Shown: positions 7,336-16,184 of the stretch, in pieces
Position numbering within the stretch: the first letter of the stretch is position 1
How the letters are laid out: each line of letters opens with the position of its first letter
Origin: Candidatus Cloacimonadaceae bacterium
GTDB lineage: Bacteria > Cloacimonadota > Cloacimonadia > Cloacimonadales > TCS61
Direction: 5' to 3'
DNA length: 64,000 nt
NCBI GenBank assembly: GCA_942491655.1
Contig: CALOBL010000006.1
Coordinates: forward strand, 98,126-162,125
The notes under the pieces: generated by a model
The model's input: the letters and a program-made list of their open reading frames with translations, nothing else
What the model was told of the DNA's origin: nothing
Database searches by the model: none
Made by a program: the position numbers and the translations under genes

Positions 7336-10300
7336 TCATAATTCATGTTCGATCATTTTTTGAGCCGTGATATCTTCAAAGACAGTAGCGAAGTAACCTC
7401 TGGCAGGCGAATAAGCGCTTACAGAGAACCATTTATTCAGATTTTTTCTATAACTTTCAAAGTGAACCGATTCACCGGTTAAAGCAACATTCCCATAAAC
7501 TCCGATCCAGTCTGCGGGATCTTTTTCAATTCCCTGGAAAACTGAAGTAACTTTTTTCCCAACAGCTCTGTCAGCTCTGATTCCAGCCATCTCTTCAAAG
7601 GCTTTATTGATTTCCAGGAACTCATAATCGACCGGTTTCCCGGAATCATCCAGAATGATTTTATGGTAGGCAAAACCACTGGACATGTTATCGAACAGGC
7701 TTTGCAGCTTATCTTTATTTTCAATTAATTCCTGCTGCACTTTTTTGCTTTTAGTAATATCTCTGAAGATACAGTGCGTTCTTGTGAAGTTATCATTTTC
7801 ATCTCTACCAATTTTGGCGGTATAATCAGCAATAATATAAGATCCTGATTTTTGCCGTAAGTGAAATTCAATGTTTCTGATAATTTCTCTGGATTGAATA
7901 TTCTGGGGGAATAATTTTCTGAAGATCTCTTTTTGATTGGGATGCAGGAAATCTCCGAACCATTTACCCAACACTTCTTCTCGTTTATATCCAAGAATAT
8001 TTAACCAGGCTTCATTTATATCTAGAAAACAACCGTTAATGTCAAGAGACTGATAACCAACAGGGGCATGTTCAAAATAGAGCTTATATTTGGCTTCACT
8101 TGCTATGAGAGCATTTTCTGCTCGTTTTCTTTCAGTAATATCCCTGGCTATACCATAATAATAAATTTTATCTGCTATCTTATATTTGCTGGAACTTATC
8201 TCGATGGGAATTAAAGTTTTATCTTTTCTCTGGTGTGTAGTCTCAAAAATTAATTGTTTTTTAAAGGGGACATCGCTCCAGAATTTATTAAACTCGGAAA
8301 TAGGATAATTGGGGTCGACTTTGTCAATGGGTGCACCGATAATCTCTTCTTTTGAATAGCCTAATAGTTGGCAGGCAGATTTGTTCGTGTCAATTATAAA
8401 TCCTGTTTCATCCATCAAATAAATTGGATCAGAAGCTGAGTCTACAAGGTTGCGATATCTTGCTTCGCTACTTATTAAGGTTCTTTCAATTTTCTTTCTT
8501 TCACTTATGTCAATATGGGTACCCACTAATCTTATGGCAGTTCCTGATTTGTCAAAATAAGCATTTGCCCGGGAAAGTATATCTACCCAGTGACCATCCT
8601 TGTGTTTCATTTTGAATTCAATTTCAAAGTTATCTCTTTGTTTATTTGTTAATTCCTTCAACATTTTCAAGGCTAGTTTAACATCTTCCGGAGCAGTAAG
8701 CTTTTCCCAGACAGAAAATTCATTGGGCAGTTCATCGTATTTGTAGCCCAGCATGCTTTTCCAGCCGGGGGAATAGTAGATCTCGCTGGTTATAAGGTTC
8801 CAGTCGAAAATGCCGTCACTGGTGGACTTCATGGCCAGTTCAAAGCGCTCTTTGCTATCTTCAAGATCTTTCTGAATGGATTTTATCTCAGTTACATCTG
8901 TTCCTGAACTAAGTATGGCAATAATCTGACCAGCTTCATTTCTGATGGAAGTATTATGCCATGAAATAGTTTTCACCTTGCCGGTTTTTGTTATGATCTC
9001 CGCTTCATAATGGTCTACAATATTCAATTGACCCGATAATGCCTTATGAAATGCTTCTTTTCTTTCATCGATCAGATTCAGGGGAATAGATGTTTCAAAC
9101 CAGTTTTTACCGATCAGTTCATCTTTATCGTCATATCCCAGAAGTTCAAGTCCGGCTTGATTTATCAGAATGATCTCACCATTTGTATTAATCGATAGAA
9201 TGATGTTTCCTGCCAATTCAAGATATTGCTCAGCAGTTTCTTTAGCTCTGATAATTTCTGCTTCCGCTTTTTTCATTTCTGTAATATCCTGTGAGGTACC
9301 GAAAAGTTGGTTGATCTCACCATTTTTTTCAATTACAGGAAAGCCCTGAGTTTGAATATAGTGATATGAATTATCATTTTCATGCCAAATACGAGTTATA
9401 ATATTATAAGGAGTTCCAGCAATACAATCTTTAACCGCTTTGTCGAAAATTTCCCAATCATCCGGATGCCAGGGTTTTTTATGTCCTTCATAGGTTGGCG
9501 CACCATTTTCCTTTTTGAAACCTGTGATCTCAAACATATGGTCAGACCACTTCGGTTGTTGAGCCTCTATATCATAACGCCAATAACCTAGCTTTGCCAT
9601 CTTTTGGGCTGCCTCTAAAGTGAAGTTCAGTTTTTCAAGTTCTGATTGATTCTCTTTCATTTCTGTGATATCTGTTGAAATTATTTGAACTCCAATAAGT
9701 TCATCTTTTTCATTGAAGATCTTGTTATATTTAGAGTTGAACCATTTTGTGCCAGCAGGCAGTTCAACCTTGTCCTCAAAATCGAGAAAATCATCTGCTT
9801 TAGCTGTAGCTTTAATGCGATTATGGTAGAGTTTCCCAAATTCATTACCATAAAGGTCGTAGATCGATTTCCCGATAAAATCTTCTGGTTTGCCGTTCAT
9901 TAGATCAGCGGCCATTTTATTGAAGAGGATAACAGTTCCCTCCAGGTCATAATAGCCGATCCCCGCTACCACGTTTTCCAGAAGGGTTCTGTAGCACTGT
10001 TCCTTGGCAGCAAGTTCATTTTCAGTTTTTATCCGGTCTGTTACATCATTCATGGCAACAGCGAACTGACCCTGGCAGGGGCAATAGGCTTTCACACCCC
10101 AGTATTTATCTAAATATTCAGAATGATCGACAAAACTGATAGATTCACCTGTGAGGGCTACTTTGCCGTATACATCTATCCATTTCTGTTCCAGGTTGGG
10201 AATAATCTCCAATCCACGTTTACCGATGACATCTTCTCTGTTCAATCCGGTTTGCAACTCCCAGGTGGGACTTACATCCAGGAAGGTAAAATCGACAGGT

Positions 10301-11556
10301 TTTCCACTATCATCCAAAATAATTTCATGCAAAGCTATACCGGAGTTGATATTGTTAAAGAGAGATCTATATTTCTTTTCACTTTCTTTAATTTTCAGAT
10401 GAGAATTTACTCTTTCAGAAATATCTCTAATCACGCCTATGGTTCCATGCTGGTCTCCCTGAAAGTATAGTTTGCCAGACACTTCTCCGTGAAAAGTAGT
10501 TCCATCTTTATGTCTCATGAGAAGTTCCAGATTTTTGGATGTCTGTCCAGATGAGATTGCTGACTTGAATTTCTGCATTGCTTTCGAAATATTCTCTTCT
10601 GCTAGAAATTCAACAAAGGATCGGCCTTCCATCTCTTCAGGCTTATAGCCAAATATGTTCTCTGATGCTGGAGAAATGTAGGTAATAATTCCTTTTTCAT
10701 CGGTAAGATAAATCATGTTGCTCATTTGCTCTGTAATTGAGCGGAATTTATTCTCGCTTTCAATTAATGCAGACTCGTAATGTTTTGCCTCAGTGATATC
10801 TCTGCCTATAATACTTACTCCGGTTACTTCGGTATTTTCATTAAATATCGGGTTGTAGCGAAATTCGAAATAAAAATCCCGATCTCTCTGGAAAGAGGTT
10901 TTAATGGTTTCAATGAATTTATTCCCCGCTAATGCCTTATCATAGAATTTTTTCCATTTGCGGTATAATTCTTCAGGGATCAGATCTTTACTGATCACTA
11001 AATCACCGGGTTTAATTATTCGATTAAAAACAGGTTTCATAAAATTGAGAAAATTGGAATTGGCTGTTAATAGTTTGTAATCTTCATCAATAGACCAGAT
11101 GAGGTCGCTGGAATTTTCGATAAGGGAGATAAGGTTGTAATGCTGCTGAAGGATCTCCTTTTCTGCCAGTTTATTTTCTGTAATATCATCAAATATTACA
11201 CAGAATCTTTCCTGATAGTCCCAGGGGCGGTAAACGATGCAATGGTATAATTTTTTAGTGGGATCATGATAATTATCGAATTCAAGAGTTTCTCCGGTAA
11301 TTGCGACATGACCGTATTTATCTACCCAGCTTTGTTCTGTGCCAGGCCAGACCTCGTGCACGGTTTTGCCCTTAACGTCTTCATTCTTTACTCCGGTTAT
11401 TTTCTCGTAGGCATCGTTGATAAAGACAAAACGATAACTGACGAATTTCCCGCTTTCATCGAATACAGAATCGAATAGAACGAATGCGTTGAACATTGTT
11501 TTAAGGAGCCAGTTTGTTTCATCGATATGCAGCAGATGATCTTCTTCTTTTTTCAT
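7336..11556 (-). CDS. Giant PAS-only sensor protein (~11 PAS domains), no output domain
   Basis: 1406 aa. Eleven PAS boundary motifs: DDITENK, GRDITEAK, IRDISER, MNDVTDR, STDITEMK, SQDITEMKK, GTDVTEIK, HIDISERKK, ARDITERKR, FRDITKSKK, FEDITAQK. Three repeats share the W(I/V)DxYGxVAxTGE subtype. Confidence 0.8.
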   Translation of the reverse strand: MKKEEDHLLHIDETNWLLKTMFNAFVLFDSVFDESGKFVSYRFVFINDAYEKITGVKNEDVKGKTVHEVWPGTEQSWVDKYGHVAITGETLEFDNYHDPTKKLYHCIVYRPWDYQERFCVIFDDITENKLAEKEILQQHYNLISLIENSSDLIWSIDEDYKLLTANSNFLNFMKPVFNRIIKPGDLVISKDLIPEELYRKWKKFYDKALAGNKFIETIKTSFQRDRDFYFEFRYNPIFNENTEVTGVSIIGRDITEAKHYESALIESENKFRSITEQMSNMIYLTDEKGIITYISPASENIFGYKPEEMEGRSFVEFLAEENISKAMQKFKSAISSGQTSKNLELLMRHKDGTTFHGEVSGKLYFQGDQHGTIGVIRDISERVNSHLKIKESEKKYRSLFNNINSGIALHEIILDDSGKPVDFTFLDVSPTWELQTGLNREDVIGKRGLEIIPNLEQKWIDVYGKVALTGESISFVDHSEYLDKYWGVKAYCPCQGQFAVAMNDVTDRIKTENELAAKEQCYRTLLENVVAGIGYYDLEGTVILFNKMAADLMNGKPEDFIGKSIYDLYGNEFGKLYHNRIKATAKADDFLDFEDKVELPAGTKWFNSKYNKIFNEKDELIGVQIISTDITEMKENQSELEKLNFTLEAAQKMAKLGYWRYDIEAQQPKWSDHMFEITGFKKENGAPTYEGHKKPWHPDDWEIFDKAVKDCIAGTPYNIITRIWHENDNSYHYIQTQGFPVIEKNGEINQLFGTSQDITEMKKAEAEIIRAKETAEQYLELAGNIILSINTNGEIILINQAGLELLGYDDKDELIGKNWFETSIPLNLIDERKEAFHKALSGQLNIVDHYEAEIITKTGKVKTISWHNTSIRNEAGQIIAILSSGTDVTEIKSIQKDLEDSKERFELAMKSTSDGIFDWNLITSEIYYSPGWKSMLGYKYDELPNEFSVWEKLTAPEDVKLALKMLKELTNKQRDNFEIEFKMKHKDGHWVDILSRANAYFDKSGTAIRLVGTHIDISERKKIERTLISSEARYRNLVDSASDPIYLMDETGFIIDTNKSACQLLGYSKEEIIGAPIDKVDPNYPISEFNKFWSDVPFKKQLIFETTHQRKDKTLIPIEISSSKYKIADKIYYYGIARDITERKRAENALIASEAKYKLYFEHAPVGYQSLDINGCFLDINEAWLNILGYKREEVLGKWFGDFLHPNQKEIFRKLFPQNIQSREIIRNIEFHLRQKSGSYIIADYTAKIGRDENDNFTRTHCIFRDITKSKKVQQELIENKDKLQSLFDNMSSGFAYHKIILDDSGKPVDYEFLEINKAFEEMAGIRADRAVGKKVTSVFQGIEKDPADWIGVYGNVALTGESVHFESYRKNLNKWFSVSAYSPARGYFATVFEDITAQKMIEHEL

Positions 11557-11787
11557 AGATCCTTCTTTAAAAAATTATATTCAAATAACTTTAATAAATA
11601 CTCCAGTTTTTATTACGATTTACAATTTTTCAAAACTCCAGCTCAGAAGATCCGACCGTATCGGAGAGGCTGGACTTGAGCCGAGAGATTTACAAATTTC
11701 GCATCTTAACCCCAGCCTTCAGCTGAGGTTTTAACCTGTGAAATACGAAGTGAATTTCACTGGGTCCGGTCTGATAAACTTTTTTCT

Positions 11788-11878
11788 GTCCCCGCTCCAC
11801 ACTCACTTTTTGCCCATTGGGGGCAAACGGTCGCTGCAGAGCAGGTCCAGCCAGCTTAACCTCGATCTCAATCTCAAA
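11788..11878 (-). repeat. Repeat family A, copy 3 (inverted orientation)
   Basis: The reverse complement gagattgagatcgaggttaagctggctggacctgctctgcagcgaccgtttgcccccaatgggcaaaaagtgagtgtggagcgggg aligns with copies at 36465 and 51461. The central hairpin tttgccc/gggcaaa is conserved. Confidence 0.7.
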
Positions 11879-11988
11879 CATTTTGTATTCTGAACCCCAG
11901 CCTTCAGCTGAGGTACAGTCTGCCCATTTGGAACCATTCGCAAGGTTTTTTACTCTATCTGTTTCCTAGTTTCTTTGCGTCCTGGTGG

Positions 11989-13713
11989 CTAGCTTCCGTC
12001 TTCATCATTTGCTTCTTCACCCAGCTTTATCTTCAGCTCTTTAATTTTATCTTTTAGTTCTTTAATACGGAATTCCCGACCGATAAAAAGTTTGTTATAG
12101 TGTTCCAGCTCGGCATTTTTTTCTTCCAGTTCCCGGGTTCTTTCTTTAACCAGTTTTTCCAGATGATCACGGTGTTTTTTTAATTCTCTTTCGGCTTCTT
12201 TCTGGGCAGTTACATCCATAACGGTAGAGACCATTACATTTTGCCTTAATAAGGGAATATTGACAGCATTGATGTATTTATGGGTTCCATCTTTATGAAT
12301 TATTTCCAGATTTTCCCAATGCATTCTGTTGGGATCACCGCTCATGATATCTGCCAGAACCTTTTTCTGAAGTTTTTCACGATAATCCTGATCGGGATAG
12401 ACTTTTTTAAAGAACTCACTTATGTTTTTCAATTCTTCTGCTGGCCAGCCATAGATCTCTTCAAATTTACGGTTAATATAGGTGGCTTCACCTTTATCTA
12501 TTTCATTGAGAGCCAAGCCAATAGGCAGGCTATCCATAACTGTTTGAATGAATTCATTTTTATTTTTGATCTCTTCCAGATATTTTTTTTGTGATGTAAC
12601 ATCAATTCCAGAACTTAAGAGATGTTTGATTACCCCATCATCATCTCGCATATAGGAATTATACCAGGAGATGGTTTTTAACTGACCAGATTTAGTAACT
12701 ACATCATTATCAAAGTGTTCAACACCATCCATTTCCCCGGTTATAACCTTGTTGAATACATCTTTGACCTGAGGAACGACCTCTTTCGGGATGCAAGTAT
12801 CAAACCAGTTTTTACCAACCAGTTCTTCACGGGTATAGCCAAGGACATCCTCAGCTTTTTTATTAGTCAGAAGAACTTCACCATTTTGATTAAGAGATAC
12901 AAAAATACTTCCTGCCATCTGCAGATAAAGTTCTGCGATCTCGCGTGCAGCTTCGACCTTTTTTTCGGCGATTATCTGATCTGTGAAATCTCGAGCAATT
13001 GCGTAAGTTTCTCCTCGTTCAACAATGGGCCGGGAAACCCAATTCAGGTACCTGTATGAGCCATTTTTACAACGGTAGCGGTTTGTAAAATTTATTACAT
13101 AAATATCTTTTTTTAATTTATTTTCAATAACATCAATGGTAGGCTGAACATCATCGGGGTGTACAAATTCAAGGAAAGGTTTACCTAAAAGTTCTGCTTC
13201 AGTATATCCTAATGTTTTAGTAAAGGAAGGGCTTATCTTCAAGAAAGTGGCTGTATTGATGTCGGCAACACAGAGAAGGTCGGGAGAGACATTCCAGATT
13301 GTCTCAATTTCCTCCTGAGCTTCTTTCCTTTCGGTAACATCTCTTATGGTACAAATTATCCCATTAAATTTTCCAACCTGGATCTGGGGAATAAGCCAGC
13401 CATTCTGCCAGGTATTACGCCCGGCAGGGGTTTTTACGGCAACTTCATACCAGACGGTCTTGAGTGTTTTTTTTGCCTGAAGATAGGATTTACCGAACTG
13501 CCCAATTGTTTCTTTGGGGAAGTCTTTAAGGACATTATTTCCAATGATCAAGTTCCTGGGTACACCGGCGATCAACTCCATGGTTCTATTACAGAAAAAT
13601 ATCACGTCATCTTTATCGGTTACCCAGATACCGTCCTGAACCCCTTCAATGATATTTTCATATAAATTTTTAACATCAAATTGCAGACTATCATTATCAT
13701 TTTTTTTGCTCAT
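11989..13713 (-). CDS. PAS-only sensor protein (4 PAS domains) with the same C-terminal coiled-coil tail as 5188..7284
   Basis: 574 aa. PAS boundaries are IRDVTERKE, ARDFTDQ, GIDVTSQKK and VMDVTAQKE. Tail: RDHLEKLVKERTRELEEKNAELEHYNKLFIGREFRIKELKDKIKELKIKL. Confidence 0.8.
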   Translation of the reverse strand: MSKKNDNDSLQFDVKNLYENIIEGVQDGIWVTDKDDVIFFCNRTMELIAGVPRNLIIGNNVLKDFPKETIGQFGKSYLQAKKTLKTVWYEVAVKTPAGRNTWQNGWLIPQIQVGKFNGIICTIRDVTERKEAQEEIETIWNVSPDLLCVADINTATFLKISPSFTKTLGYTEAELLGKPFLEFVHPDDVQPTIDVIENKLKKDIYVINFTNRYRCKNGSYRYLNWVSRPIVERGETYAIARDFTDQIIAEKKVEAAREIAELYLQMAGSIFVSLNQNGEVLLTNKKAEDVLGYTREELVGKNWFDTCIPKEVVPQVKDVFNKVITGEMDGVEHFDNDVVTKSGQLKTISWYNSYMRDDDGVIKHLLSSGIDVTSQKKYLEEIKNKNEFIQTVMDSLPIGLALNEIDKGEATYINRKFEEIYGWPAEELKNISEFFKKVYPDQDYREKLQKKVLADIMSGDPNRMHWENLEIIHKDGTHKYINAVNIPLLRQNVMVSTVMDVTAQKEAERELKKHRDHLEKLVKERTRELEEKNAELEHYNKLFIGREFRIKELKDKIKELKIKLGEEANDEDGS

Positions 13714-13767
13714 GAAAAAACTCCCTCAAAATTTAAAGTTTCAGAGTTTAGTAGCATACGTAACAAA

Positions 13768-15303
13768 TTATCTCTCAGCCAGTTCTTCAAAATTTATGAT
13801 GATTTTTTCCAGATCATTTTTTTCGTCGAATATCGGTGTGGCATTAACTTTAATCCAGTTGAGACAATCTTTGTCCGGGTGTTGAACGCCAAGGATGAGA
13901 TTTTCAATGGGGTTCAGATTTTTTATAACCTGATTAACCGGGTATTTTTCCGGAGGCATAGTTGTACCATCGGGATTAACAAAGTTCCAGGATTGATTTA
14001 TCGCCTTTTTTCCGGCCATTTGTGCTGCCGTAAGTCCAAGGATTTCTGAGGCTCTGGGATTACTGAGGATGATGGAGGTATCAGCAGCATGAACAACGAC
14101 ACCAATAAGCATATTATCTAATGTAGCTTTGTAGTTTTCTTCGCTTTTTTGCAGCCTTCTTTCAAAATTTTTCCGTTCGGTAATATCTTCCGCGACCTTA
14201 AGATAATTTAATATTTTCCCATTGTTATCTTTAATGGAAGTTATAGAGGCATCTTCCCAGAAGAGTTCACCATTTTTCTTTTTGTTCAGGAATTCTCCGC
14301 GCCATTCTCTACCGGAAGTTATCACTTCCCAGAGTTCCTCAAATAATTCTTGAGGCAGCAGGCGGGAATTAAGAATTCTGGGATTTTTACCTTTTACTTC
14401 ATCAAAACCATAACCAGTGAGTTCAGAGAATTTTTTATTGGCATATTCTATATTGCCTTCAATATCCGTAATTACGATAGAAGAAGGACTTTGTTCTACA
14501 GCAGCAGACAGCTTTCTGATATTTTCAAGATTAATTCTTTTTTCGGTTATATCGGTTAACAACAGCATATGTGTGTTGGGTAGAAAATGTGCAGAACCTA
14601 CCACACGCACTATTTTGAGTTTCCCCTTTTTATCTTTAATTTTAAACACTTCGTCCATCTTACCTTCACTGGTGAAATCAAACCAGAGCTGCAAGCAATC
14701 GTCAGTAGAAAGGTCGGAAACGATATCAGGGAGAGAAAGAGTGAGGATTTCTTCCCGGGATATCTCCAGCAGTTTAAGGGCAGCCAGATTGGCTTCGGTA
14801 AAGTTGGCTGTACGGTCGGCGATAAGAATTGCTTCACCGGAATTTTCAAACATGGATTCAAACATCAATTCAGTTTTGGATAGATCAGTTCTTAATTTCT
14901 TAAGTTGATCCAAATTAGTAATGGTTACCAGTAGTAAGTCGGAATTATTTTTATTGTCAAAGATCAGTTCAGTTATTCTGGATGCTTGAAGCCGCACATT
15001 TATGTTTCTATTATTTTTGCCAAGAAGCCTTAATTCAATAAATTCTCCATCAGGGTTATTAAAAAAGTCTTGATAGCGTTCCAGGAAAAATTCCCGATCG
15101 CTGATGTGTATGAACTCATTTATATTTTTATCCATGAAATCGATCGGATCGTTTTTTAAAAGTGAAGAAAAAGGCTTATTTACCTTGATTATGTTGCCAG
15201 ACTCATTTAGAATTATTAAAGAAACAGAAATCTTGTCAAAGAGAGTAAAAAAAATATTCTCTAAACTAATCTGATTGTTAGAATTATTTTTCCTGGCCGG
15301 CAT
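13768..15303 (-). CDS. PAS-only sensor protein (~4 PAS domains)
   Basis: 511 aa. PAS boundaries include LLTDITEKR and AEDITERKN. A GGAG RBS lies upstream (ctcaaGGAGatgttATG on the minus strand). Confidence 0.75.
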   Translation of the reverse strand: MPARKNNSNNQISLENIFFTLFDKISVSLIILNESGNIIKVNKPFSSLLKNDPIDFMDKNINEFIHISDREFFLERYQDFFNNPDGEFIELRLLGKNNRNINVRLQASRITELIFDNKNNSDLLLVTITNLDQLKKLRTDLSKTELMFESMFENSGEAILIADRTANFTEANLAALKLLEISREEILTLSLPDIVSDLSTDDCLQLWFDFTSEGKMDEVFKIKDKKGKLKIVRVVGSAHFLPNTHMLLLTDITEKRINLENIRKLSAAVEQSPSSIVITDIEGNIEYANKKFSELTGYGFDEVKGKNPRILNSRLLPQELFEELWEVITSGREWRGEFLNKKKNGELFWEDASITSIKDNNGKILNYLKVAEDITERKNFERRLQKSEENYKATLDNMLIGVVVHAADTSIILSNPRASEILGLTAAQMAGKKAINQSWNFVNPDGTTMPPEKYPVNQVIKNLNPIENLILGVQHPDKDCLNWIKVNATPIFDEKNDLEKIIINFEELAER

Positions 15304-16071
15304 AACATCTCCTTGAGATGATTTTAATGGGGGATAATGGTACGTAAAGCTAATTGTATTTTAATATTCCAAATTCCCCAAAATCTGATAAATGCTGATA
15401 GTTAGGTAGAGGTAAATATTTTGAATTAATAACTGGTTACTTACATATAATTCCCCTTACCAATTTTAAAACCAGCACTTAAGAAATGATTAATAGAATT
15501 TACGGCTATGCACGAAAGTGGGAATTGAGAGTAACAAATATGATCTCTGATAACGGGGCACTCCTGAAAATAAAAAAATTCTATACTCTCAAAATTTCAT
15601 ACCTGAAAAAAATGGAATGTAAAAATGAAAGGTCAAGCAAAATGTTTAGTAGGATTAGACATACATAATATTTTCTTTATTAGAGTGAAAGTTAAGAAGC
15701 AAAGAGCCTGTTAGAGGTAGAGGGTAGACGGTAGAAAAAAGATAAAAGAAAGAAGAAAAATAAGGTTTCATTGGGAAAAATCTATCCTGATCGCTTTCAT
15801 CCTGAGGCGTAGTCACTGAAAAGGAAAGGAGAAAAGAGGGAGAGCAAAAGTTTTGCTCGTCCCAAACTCGAATGTAGGGGGTAAAAGCGGAGGTGTCTAA
15901 GGTGTCCTACAAAGGAAAAAGCATAAAGATTATTCAACGGGAGGCTAAGGCTGTTTTAAAAGTTTAATGAAAAGGTTAGAGTTTGTTGGTAAAAATTCAT
16001 GGCTGAATCTATTTACCCTGGCGATCCTGATATGATCCTGGAAATAAGCCAGGCTTATAAATCCTGATTCT

Positions 16072-16116
16072 GAAAAGAAAAAACCTTCGGAAGGTGTGAA
16101 ACCGTTCCTAAGGTAG
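16072..16116 (-). repeat. Repeat family D, partial copy 3 (inverted)
   Basis: The plus strand gaaaagaaaaaaaccttcggaaggtgtgaaaccgttcctaaggtag matches the reverse complement of the D core (gaaaaccttcggaaggttcgtaaccgttcggaaggg). It lies downstream of the minus-strand RND gene. Confidence 0.55.
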
Positions 16117-16126
16117 TATTATAAAG

Positions 16127-16174
16127 CCTTGAAAAGGTCAACAGCCAGGAGTTCTGGAAGAGACCTTTTCAAGG
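16127..16174 (-). terminator. Long hairpin just downstream of the RND gene (possible terminator, weak U-tract)
   Basis: ccttgaaaaggtc ... gaccttttcaagg is a 13-bp perfect stem with a 22-nt loop. It starts 11 nt after the stop. On the minus strand it is followed only by cuuuauaau. Confidence 0.35.
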
Positions 16175-16184
16175 TTATATTTTT

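Noticed and set aside
11690-11881. 63-aa minus-strand ORF in the PAS-row gap
   Set aside because: It lies entirely on the family A repeat and the cagctg palindrome repeats. The homologous plus-strand copies of the repeat (36465, 51461) contain stops in all frames, so the element is non-coding.
15486-15668. 60-aa plus-strand ORF in the 15.3-16.2 kb spacer
   Set aside because: It has no RBS, a Lys/Ile/Asn-rich low-complexity translation and no conserved features. The surrounding region is a repeat-bearing intergenic spacer.
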